DNA of 64,000 nucleotides from Escherichia phage NRG-P0074: sequence record PQ480333.1; one strand, 5' to 3'. Shown piece by piece: positions 56,711 to 64,000 of this stretch (position 1 is its first letter; each line of letters starts with the position of its first letter). The notes under the pieces were generated by a model. It saw only the letters and a program-made list of their open reading frames with translations, ran no database searches and was not told where the DNA came from. The position numbers and the translations under genes were made by a program.

Positions 56711-57733
56711 ATGGCTGAATGGATAGATAATGAATTTGCTTATCGTGCGTTTTCTCACCTCCCTCGTTTTAGACAAATCAATAATTCAAGCACATTTAAA
56801 TTAACGTTTCGTTGTCCAGTTTGTGGCGACTCTCAGACAGATGCAATGAAAGCTCGCGGTTGGTATTATGGCGGTACTCCTGGTAATGTACATTGCTATA
56901 ACTGTCAATACCACAATACAATTTCCGGATACTTAAAAGAGTATGATGAAGAGCTTTATCGCGAATATCTAATGGAAGTTCGTAAAGAAAAAGCTAGAAT
57001 GGAACCAAAGATTGAAAAGGTTCCTGAAGCTAAGCCGGAGCCAGAGAAAAAGACTATAAATTCTTTGCCGTCTTGTTCTCGTCTGGACAAGTTGCCTGAA
57101 GAGCATCCTATTGTGAAATATGTTAAGTCTCGGTGTATTCCTAAAGAATCATGGAACAGATTATGGTTCACATTAGAATGGCCCAAATTGGTCAACAAGA
57201 TTCAACCTGGTACGTATAAGAAAGAGATCCACGAACCACGTTTAGTGATTCCTATTTTTAATAAAGATGGGAAGGCTGAGTCATTCCAAGGACGTGCACT
57301 TCGTAAAGATGCTCCTCAGAAATATATCACTATTAAAGCGTTTGAGTCTGCAACAAAAATTTATGGTGTTGAACGTGTTAAGGAAGGAGACGTCTGGGTA
57401 ATGGAAGGCCCTATTGATAGTTTATTCATACCCAATGCAATCGCTATTACAGGCGGCTCAATAGATTTAGATGTGGTACCATTTAAAGAACGTCGGGTAT
57501 GGGTAATGGATAATGAACCTAGGCATCCGGATACTATAGCTCGCATGAAGCGATTAGTTGATGCAGGCGAACGTGTCATGTTCTGGGATCGAGCTCCATG
57601 GAGATCAAAGGATGTGAATGATATGGTAATGAAAGAAAATGCAACACCACAAGAAATTTTAGAATATATGAAACAGAATATTTCAAGTGGGTTGCATGCT
57701 AAAATGAGATTATCTCGTTATTCGAAGATTTAA
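56711..57733 (+). CDS. 61: DNA primase gp61
   Basis: Zn-binding CPVCGD...CYNC and TOPRIM EGPIDS; 340 aa. Confidence 0.93.
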   Translation: MAEWIDNEFAYRAFSHLPRFRQINNSSTFKLTFRCPVCGDSQTDAMKARGWYYGGTPGNVHCYNCQYHNTISGYLKEYDEELYREYLMEVRKEKARMEPKIEKVPEAKPEPEKKTINSLPSCSRLDKLPEEHPIVKYVKSRCIPKESWNRLWFTLEWPKLVNKIQPGTYKKEIHEPRLVIPIFNKDGKAESFQGRALRKDAPQKYITIKAFESATKIYGVERVKEGDVWVMEGPIDSLFIPNAIAITGGSIDLDVVPFKERRVWVMDNEPRHPDTIARMKRLVDAGERVMFWDRAPWRSKDVNDMVMKENATPQEILEYMKQNISSGLHAKMRLSRYSKI

Positions 57734-57918
57734 ACAAGCCCTATAATAGCAAAGGCCAAATCAACTACAGTATCCAATGGAACAGAAGGAACTATAATAC
57801 CATGGGCAACTAACAATGGTGCAATCCCGAAGTTCCATGAAATAATGCCACCTACAACTATTGCAGTTTTCTTTTTATTGCCTTTAATAGCGTTGATTAA
57901 CGATGGAAGTTTAAACAT
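57730..57918 (-). CDS. hypothetical small membrane protein
   Basis: Minus strand, 62 aa, hydrophobic; convergent with 61. Confidence 0.35.
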   Translation of the reverse strand: MFKLPSLINAIKGNKKKTAIVVGGIISWNFGIAPLLVAHGIIVPSVPLDTVVDLAFAIIGLV

Positions 57919-57948
57919 AATATCTCCTTAGTTACCTATTATTTATTA

Positions 57949-57973
57949 CGCTTTATAAAATTAATGTTAGAAT
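57949..57973 (+). promoter_or_regulatory. middle-promoter-like element upstream of gene 56
   Basis: MotA-box-like CGCTTTA then 12 nt then TAGAAT 57968-57973. Confidence 0.4.
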
Positions 57974-58006
57974 TAACTCTCTTATACTGAATTGAAAGGA
58001 AAAATA

Positions 58007-58528
58007 ATGGCACACTTTAACGAATGTTCACAACTTATTTCTGGTGTTGATAAAGCAGAAGAAGCTTATTTTAATGCTCTGATTCACGAAGATAAAGACC
58101 CACTGCAGGTAATGCTTGATATGCAGAAATCTTTACAGGTTCGTCTGGCAAATGACAAGCCTGAACATAACAAACATCCTGATGAATTGGCCACTGCTGG
58201 TGATGTTGTTGATTGGCTGCGTAATCAGAAAGATTATATTGATGATGAATTCCGTGAACTGCTGACTTCACTTGGTGGTATGAGCAATGGTGAGAAAACC
58301 GCTAGCTCTGTATGGAAGCCATGGAAAGCACAACATGCTGAATATCGAAATCGTCGTATCGATGAACTGTCTCCTGAAGACCAGCTTGAAATTAAATTCG
58401 AGATGATTGATATCCTCCACTTTGTTCTGAATATGTTCCAAGGTCTGGGTCTTTCCGCTGAAGAAATCTTTAAACTTTACTACTTGAAAAACCAACACAA
58501 CTTTGAACGTCAGGATAATGGTTACTGA
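58007..58528 (+). CDS. 56: dCTP pyrophosphatase gp56 (dCTPase/dUTPase, MazG-like)
   Basis: MAHFNECSQLISGVDKA...DPLQVMLDMQKSLQVRLAN...EELSPEDQLEIKFEMIDILHFVLNMF matches T4 gp56 as I recall it. Confidence 0.9.
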   Translation: MAHFNECSQLISGVDKAEEAYFNALIHEDKDPLQVMLDMQKSLQVRLANDKPEHNKHPDELATAGDVVDWLRNQKDYIDDEFRELLTSLGGMSNGEKTASSVWKPWKAQHAEYRNRRIDELSPEDQLEIKFEMIDILHFVLNMFQGLGLSAEEIFKLYYLKNQHNFERQDNGY

Positions 58529-58534
58529 TTAAGT

Positions 58535-58542
58535 TATAAATA
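58535..58542 (+). promoter_or_regulatory. late promoter (TATAAATA) for soc
   Basis: Exact TATAAATA about 30 bp upstream of soc start; soc is a late gene in T4. Confidence 0.6.
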
Positions 58543-58573
58543 CACCTGTAATTAAACAACAAAGGAGTTAATT

Positions 58574-58810
58574 ATGGGTGGTTACGTTAATATCAAAACC
58601 TTTACACATCCGGCTGGTGAAGGCAAAGAAGTTAAAGGTATGGAAGTTTCTGTACCGTTTGAGATTTATTCAAACGAACATCGGATTGCAGATTCTCATT
58701 ACCAAATCTTTCCATCAGAAAAGGCAGCTTATTCTGATGTCGTTTCTGATGCAGCAACTTGGAAAACTAAGAACGCTGCAATGTTTACCCCTACACCAGT
58801 AAGTGGTTAA
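58574..58810 (+). CDS. soc: small outer capsid protein Soc
   Basis: GYVNIKTF...HYQIFPSEKAAYS resembles T4 Soc as I recall it; 78 aa. Confidence 0.85.
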   Translation: MGGYVNIKTFTHPAGEGKEVKGMEVSVPFEIYSNEHRIADSHYQIFPSEKAAYSDVVSDAATWKTKNAAMFTPTPVSG

Positions 58811-58817
58811 ATAATTT

Positions 58818-58847
58818 AAGGAATCCTTCGGGATTCCTTTTTTTTTG
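58818..58847 (+). terminator. intrinsic terminator
   Basis: AAGGAATCC-TTCG-GGATTCCTT followed by T8. Confidence 0.7.
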
Positions 58848-58913
58848 TTTCTACAGTTTACATCCACTAAAAACTGTGTTAAGATATTCTTACTTACTCA
58901 AGAGGAGAACAAT

Positions 58914-59141
58914 ATGTTAAATCGTTGGATTAAACCTAATAACACATTAGGTGCTTTGATTGCTCAAGAAGTTTCATTGAAATACGGTCTTGGATATTAC
59001 GATGATGTAGTCGTACACTCATTCATGATGGATGGTGAAGACGTCAAATTTAATGCCGAAATCCGTTGGGATGATGGTGGTGTTCGTTTTGTTCGAGGAA
59101 CAATTAATGCTTACGATACTGAAGAAGTTGTTTGCTGTTAA
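58914..59141 (+). CDS. hypothetical protein
   Basis: ATG after early promoter GTTTAC 58857 and RBS GAGGAG. Confidence 0.45.
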   Translation: MLNRWIKPNNTLGALIAQEVSLKYGLGYYDDVVVHSFMMDGEDVKFNAEIRWDDGGVRFVRGTINAYDTEEVVCC

Positions 59142-59154
59142 ACCAGGCGAAGGT

Positions 59155-59355
59155 ATGATGCCTATTCCTGATACACATGAAAAGGCTTGGGAATACATTG
59201 GTGACGGCATGATAGAAGAAGTTGTTCGTCCAAAAACAAAACATGTTAATGCTTCAAGCTCTTCAAGTTATAATCATTCATACGTATCGTCTTGGCCTGG
59301 TGATTCTGGGTCAAGTTATTCTGATTGTGGTTCAAGCTCAGGGAGCTGCGAATGA
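59155..59355 (+). CDS. hypothetical Ser-rich protein
   Basis: 66 aa; RBS GAAGG. Confidence 0.4.
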   Translation: MMPIPDTHEKAWEYIGDGMIEEVVRPKTKHVNASSSSSYNHSYVSSWPGDSGSSYSDCGSSSGSCE

Positions 59356-59531
59356 ACAAGATAGTTAAATGGTTTAAAAGCTGGGACGATGGTGTCGGTC
59401 CAGAAGATTGGCTGGATGTTCTTGAAGAGAATATGGCTAAAGAATTCCAGAAACATGAAGAAAAGCTCGTCGAAGATGAAGGCGAACGTATTGTAAAACT
59501 TTATATGGGTGAACCATCGAGGAAATTATAA
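59352..59531 (+). CDS. hypothetical protein
   Basis: ATGA-coupled. Confidence 0.4.
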   Translation: MNKIVKWFKSWDDGVGPEDWLDVLEENMAKEFQKHEEKLVEDEGERIVKLYMGEPSRKL

Positions 59532-59995
59532 TGGATGCTATGTTATTTAAAATGTATTTGCTTGAAGCCAAGTCATTTAAACATATACCAGTGGAAGATA
59601 AGACTCCACTAGAAATAGCTATTCTCATTAACAAAAGTCTAAATAATCCGCAATATATCGTAGAAGAATTCTGCAAATTGCAGATTCCTAAAGGTTACAA
59701 AATTCGTGTAGAGCGAGTTGGAGCTATTACTCATTCTAAAAATTCTCCGTTTAGTCTTGAAGAAGGCATAAAGGACTTAGGTTATGAATCTACGGAAAAT
59801 GCCGTTTATGTGAATCCTGAAAAGCGTTTAGACTTGTTTGAAAAGCGAGACCATAAGTATTTTGCCAAAAAATACTTTATTACATCATTAGCAGATTTAA
59901 TCCATTTGCAACGAGCTATTTGGAAATTTTTTAAGACAAAAGGTGTAGCGCTAGAAACATTCTCCGAGCAGCCTAGTTTTTATTTAGGTGAATAA
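59531..59995 (+). CDS. hypothetical protein
   Basis: 154 aa. Confidence 0.5.
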   Translation: MDAMLFKMYLLEAKSFKHIPVEDKTPLEIAILINKSLNNPQYIVEEFCKLQIPKGYKIRVERVGAITHSKNSPFSLEEGIKDLGYESTENAVYVNPEKRLDLFEKRDHKYFAKKYFITSLADLIHLQRAIWKFFKTKGVALETFSEQPSFYLGE

Positions 59996-60176
59996 TATGG
60001 ACCTTATGAGTATGTTTGACGAGCCTGAAGTTGAGGCTCCTAAAGTGCATCGTAGTGAACTTGTTGATGAACTAGATAGTATTATACAACGACACGGCTT
60101 TAGTTTACCTGTTGAAGCCCTGAAAGACCTTGCCTCTTATTATGACGACCCTCCGCCATGGAGTCCTTGGAAATGA
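59988..60176 (+). CDS. hypothetical protein
   Basis: 62 aa. Confidence 0.45.
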   Translation: MNNMDLMSMFDEPEVEAPKVHRSELVDELDSIIQRHGFSLPVEALKDLASYYDDPPPWSPWK

Positions 60177-60337
60177 AAGAGAAATTTAAAGAGAAATTCT
60201 TACTAGAAATCAAGGAAAAAGACTTTGAGACATGGTATCGAATGGTGAAAGGGTTGACATTGCTTTTTAAAGCATCCTTATTCATGTTAGAACAACCTGG
60301 TCCTGATGGTCCTTTAGTAGGAAAGCTTAAAAAGTAG
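60173..60337 (+). CDS. hypothetical small protein (54 aa, below ORF-track cutoff)
   Basis: ATGA-coupled. Confidence 0.3.
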   Translation: MKEKFKEKFLLEIKEKDFETWYRMVKGLTLLFKASLFMLEQPGPDGPLVGKLKK

Positions 60338-60392
60338 TTTACATTCCCTCCTCTCGTGTTATGATAGGCTTATCTTTAAATGGAGGTCTATC

Positions 60393-60974
60393 ATGACATG
60401 TCAATCTGAACTTCAAGAACGTGAATACCTAACAAATCTGATTGATAGCAAATTCACCCGCCAAGAACAAAACATTCTCTGGGCTTGCACCGATTCTAAG
60501 GAAGACCCGGATTTCCACTATGAATTAGACCATCTTGTTCGTAAGCATATGACTTCTACAGTACCAGTAGAACTCTACCGTGGTGTAACTCCAGAAGAAG
60601 TAGAACGTCTTTCCCTTCTTTCTGTTGGATGCCATTGGTCTCCTGGACGAGTAACATCGTTCACAACTGATTTCAGTACAGCTCGTCAATTCTCCGGGAG
60701 TTGGGAATATCAGACGTACACTATTCTTAGTCTCAGGAATGCTCCATTCATTTTTGATTACTACCAAAACATGATTAACATTGTACTTGCCGGAAAGAAC
60801 CCTAAGCATGTTATGGAAGAAACTCGTATCGATGTCCTAGATATGATTGAATCTGAACAAGAGTACATGGTCTCAGGCATCTCTCGATTTGAGATTGTGG
60901 AAATTGAAGACTTAGAATATGACCCTTTATCTCGATTATACAAAATCATTCATTTGAAAATGTTGAATTTTTAG
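60393..60974 (+). CDS. modB: ADP-ribosyltransferase (ModA/ModB family), paralogue 1
   Basis: R-S-E triad layout: YRG, SFTTDFSTARQF, EQEYMV; paralogous to next gene; position as T4 modB/modA. Confidence 0.65.
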   Translation: MTCQSELQEREYLTNLIDSKFTRQEQNILWACTDSKEDPDFHYELDHLVRKHMTSTVPVELYRGVTPEEVERLSLLSVGCHWSPGRVTSFTTDFSTARQFSGSWEYQTYTILSLRNAPFIFDYYQNMINIVLAGKNPKHVMEETRIDVLDMIESEQEYMVSGISRFEIVEIEDLEYDPLSRLYKIIHLKMLNF

Positions 60975-61031
60975 TGTACAAACTCTTCCGATGATGATAT
61001 TATACCTTTATCAACCACAGGAGAAACCTAA

Positions 61032-61640
61032 ATGTTTATGCCGTATAACGAGTGTGAAATTGAAGAAATGGTTCGTCGTGCTCAAAACCCCGAATATCAA
61101 GATGTATTGCAGTACGAAATTGATAGTCAATTCAACGATAATGAACAAAGCATCCTTTGGCAGTGTATGGAAAACAAGCCAGACTGTATTCAACAGGAGT
61201 TAAGTTCAATCGTTCGTAGAAATTGGACGTCTTCTGTTCCTGAGACAATGTATCGTGGAATCTCTAAGAAAACTATGGCCACACTTGATGATAAAGGCAT
61301 TGGTAGTATTATTAAATTTGACAGAGTAATGAGCTTCAGCCCAGTGTTCGGTGTAGCACGTAACTTTGCTTCGTATAATTTTTACGGAACATTTAATATG
61401 TTCTGCATCAAAGATGCACCATTTGCTTTCAACTTCCGTGAACATATGCTTAACATGATTCTGGCCGCGCCATCTTGCGAGTTCAATGGAGCTTTCCCTG
61501 AAGCGACAAGACGGTCTAATGCTAGACTTATATCTGACGAATGTGAATTTATGCTCCCTATAGGGACTACACTGCGTGTAGATTCTATTATTCAAGATGG
61601 ACGTTATACAATCTGGAATCTATCTATTGTCAGTTACTGA
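61032..61640 (+). CDS. modA: ADP-ribosyltransferase (ModA/ModB family), paralogue 2
   Basis: YRGI, SFSPVFGVARNF, ECEFML; shares ILW.C...YRG...AR.F...E.E.M pattern with 60393 gene. Confidence 0.65.
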   Translation: MFMPYNECEIEEMVRRAQNPEYQDVLQYEIDSQFNDNEQSILWQCMENKPDCIQQELSSIVRRNWTSSVPETMYRGISKKTMATLDDKGIGSIIKFDRVMSFSPVFGVARNFASYNFYGTFNMFCIKDAPFAFNFREHMLNMILAAPSCEFNGAFPEATRRSNARLISDECEFMLPIGTTLRVDSIIQDGRYTIWNLSIVSY

Positions 61641-61792
61641 CTGAATTGGAATAACCGGATGGAACTCAGAACCATTATAACACATAAAAAATTAAAGCAT
61701 TTTACGAAAAAAGAGTGTACACTACCTGAGGGCATGATATTATAAGCTTATCAGCTAAATGACCTAACGTCCGTAAGACAGAGGAAAATATT

Positions 61793-62539
61793 ATGTTATC
61801 AAATAATAAAATTAACAAAATCAATCGTCGTCTTGACCACACCAGAGCTTCTGCGAAGAGACGCTCTAAGGATTTTAACTTAGACTTTAATTACCTTAAA
61901 AACATTCTTGATCAAAAGGTCTGCGCTTACTCAGGTGAATCTTTTAATAACTCTGTTGAAGGTGAGAAATTATCCTTAGAACGTTTTAATAATGATATAG
62001 GCTACATTAAAGGTAATGTTATCCCAGTTAAGAAAAAATATAACACGGCTCGTTCTGATTTAACACTAGAAGAACTTATTGAGAAACGTGACGCTGTTGC
62101 AAGACGTATTGCTAATCCTTCTGCCCGTAAAGTAGAGAAACTTAATCTCGACGAGAAGAAATGGGCCCAAATTAAAAATGTTTATGGTACTATTTTAAAA
62201 ATCCGAGCAAAACGTGAAAATCGTGTTAAGCATATGGCGAACATGATGAAAAATCAACCTTTATCTAACGAATCTAAACTTAGAATTGTTGCTTTGAAAG
62301 CACGCATTAATGGCTCACATCAAGCAGAAGGCCATGAACTTACTAAACTCAACGTTCTTCTTAAAGGCTCTGACTGGAAAACTAAAACTAAATTAACTGA
62401 CGCTGAATCGCTTTTCGATACATATGATAAAGTTATCCAAGGTCTGCAACGTTTTGAAAAGATTGGTTTCATTGGTAAATTAAAATTGAAACGTGGCTTA
62501 CCACTTAGCGCATCATTATTCCAACTGATTAAAGGTTAA
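61793..62539 (+). CDS. srd: Srd-like protein (positional call)
   Basis: 248 aa basic protein between mod genes and dda as T4 srd; sequence identity not verified. Confidence 0.4.
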   Translation: MLSNNKINKINRRLDHTRASAKRRSKDFNLDFNYLKNILDQKVCAYSGESFNNSVEGEKLSLERFNNDIGYIKGNVIPVKKKYNTARSDLTLEELIEKRDAVARRIANPSARKVEKLNLDEKKWAQIKNVYGTILKIRAKRENRVKHMANMMKNQPLSNESKLRIVALKARINGSHQAEGHELTKLNVLLKGSDWKTKTKLTDAESLFDTYDKVIQGLQRFEKIGFIGKLKLKRGLPLSASLFQLIKG

Positions 62540-62541
62540 TT

Positions 62542-62853
62542 ATGGTTTATGTATATGCAATAGTTTATCGAGATATGGAAGGATTTACTGTCCCGGTTCC
62601 ACTTGATGAGCATCGTCCTGCAGTATTTTTTAGAAAGGATATTGCAGATAAAGTTTTCGATACTTTGAAAACACAGTATAAAACAGATTTAAAAATGGGA
62701 GTTCTAAGAATGGTCGAAACTCCGCGTAAGTTCTGGTTTAATAAGCTTGAAATGAAACACGTTAAACTAGATGCGGAGACGCAAAGATTGTATCAACGAA
62801 TCCTGGACACAGGCCGTATTGTTAGTATTCCAATTGCAGGGACTTTACGATGA
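62542..62853 (+). CDS. hypothetical protein (dda.1 position)
   Basis: 103 aa. Confidence 0.5.
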   Translation: MVYVYAIVYRDMEGFTVPVPLDEHRPAVFFRKDIADKVFDTLKTQYKTDLKMGVLRMVETPRKFWFNKLEMKHVKLDAETQRLYQRILDTGRIVSIPIAGTLR

Positions 62854-64000
62854 CATTTGATGATTTGACTGAAGGCCAGAAAAACGCCTTCAACGTTGTT
62901 ATGAACGCTATTAAAGAAAAGAAACATCACGTAACTATTAATGGGCCTGCTGGTACAGGTAAAACAACCCTTACTAGATTCATCGTTGAAGCCCTTATTT
63001 CTTCTGGAGAATCAGGTATTATTTTAGCAGCCCCTACACATGCTGCTAAAAAGGTTCTAAGCAAACTTGCTGGTCAAGAAGCATCGACTATTCATAGCAT
63101 TCTTAAAATCAACCCAACTACATACGAAGAAAACGTATTGTTTGAACAGAAAAAGGTTCCCGACTTAGCCTTGTGCCGTGTACTGTTATTTGATGAAGCG
63201 TCAATGTGTGACCGTTCTCTGTTTAAAATAATGTTAGCTAGTATCCCTAAATGGTGTACAGTAATTGGAATCGGCGACCGATGCCAGATTCGTCCGGTAG
63301 ACCCAGGCGAATCAACTGCGTATCTAAGTCCTTTCTTCACTCACAAAGACTTCGTGCAATGCAACCTTACAGAAGTTAAACGTAGCAATGCACCAATTAT
63401 TGATGTTGCGACTGATATTCGTAATGGCAAATGGATTTACGATAAAGTAGTTGATGGACACGGTGTTCATGGATATACAGACCTTAAATCGTATATGATG
63501 AACTATTTTAATGTCGTTAAAACTCCTGAAGACCTTTTTGAAAATCGAATGATGGCATTCACAAATAAGTCGGTGGACAAGTTAAATTCAATTATTCGCC
63601 GAAAACTTCTTGAAACAGAAAAACCATTTATTAAAGACGAAGTCATTGTTCTACAAGAGCCATTTACTAAGACATATAAGCTAGATGGTAAAAATATGAC
63701 CGAAATGCTTTTCAATAATGGGCAATTCGTTCGTATTCGAGATGCTGTAGAAACGTCTACGTTCGTTAAAGCACGTGGTGTTTCAGGCGAATATATGATA
63801 CGATACTGGAATCTTACAGTAGAAACATATGGGGATGATGAAGAATATATCCGCGAAGATATAAAGGTTATTTCTTCTGAAGAAGAGCTTTATAAATTCA
63901 ATTTGTTTTTGGCTAAGACCGCAGAAACATACAAATTCTGGAATAAAGGTGGTAAAGCCCCATGGAGCGAATTCTGGGATGCTAAACGCATGTTCACTAA
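62850..64000 (+). CDS. dda: DNA helicase Dda (SF1B), 3' partial (continues beyond window)
   Basis: Not in ORF track because no stop in window; MTFDDLTEGQKNAFNVVMNAIKEKKHHVTINGPAGTGKTT... matches T4 Dda as I recall it. Confidence 0.93.
   Translation, partial: MTFDDLTEGQKNAFNVVMNAIKEKKHHVTINGPAGTGKTTLTRFIVEALISSGESGIILAAPTHAAKKVLSKLAGQEASTIHSILKINPTTYEENVLFEQKKVPDLALCRVLLFDEASMCDRSLFKIMLASIPKWCTVIGIGDRCQIRPVDPGESTAYLSPFFTHKDFVQCNLTEVKRSNAPIIDVATDIRNGKWIYDKVVDGHGVHGYTDLKSYMMNYFNVVKTPEDLFENRMMAFTNKSVDKLNSIIRRKLLETEKPFIKDEVIVLQEPFTKTYKLDGKNMTEMLFNNGQFVRIRDAVETSTFVKARGVSGEYMIRYWNLTVETYGDDEEYIREDIKVISSEEELYKFNLFLAKTAETYKFWNKGGKAPWSEFWDAKRMFT

Overview
This window is a contiguous early/middle-gene segment of a T4-like (Tevenvirinae) phage genome, read in the direction of early transcription (opposite to the standard T4 map). 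The DNA polymerase (903 aa) matches the RB69-type enzyme as I remember it, so the phage is probably RB69 or a close relative. Recognisable genes in order: gene 3 (partial), 1 (dNMP kinase), 57A, 57B, ipI-like, nudE, e (lysozyme), an array of capsid-targeted internal proteins interleaved with denV, a GrcA-like glycyl-radical protein, regB, tk, rI, nrdC, 49, nrdD, nrdG, nrdH, 55, 47, 46, rpbA, 45, 44, 62, regA, 43, 42, uvsX, 40, 41, dmd, imm-family, sp-like, 61, 56, soc, modB/modA-like, srd-like and dda (partial). Between these core modules lie blocks of small ORFan genes, each typically preceded by a sigma70-type early promoter (GTTTAC, about 17 bp, TATAAT-like) embedded in a palindrome. There are four free-standing homing endonuclease genes (three HNH, one GIY-YIG). 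No tRNA, rRNA, CRISPR or integrase was found. The most interesting feature is a roughly 5 kb insert between genes 43 and 42 plus altered flanks in the T4 beta-glucosyltransferase slot. It encodes a KdsD-like arabinose-5-phosphate isomerase, a fused sugar-1-phosphate nucleotidyltransferase/kinase, a HAD-like phosphatase and a Cys-rich enzyme. I interpret this as a phage-encoded activated-pentose (probably NDP-arabinose) pathway feeding hmC hypermodification of the phage DNA; this is inference from motifs read by eye, not a search result.
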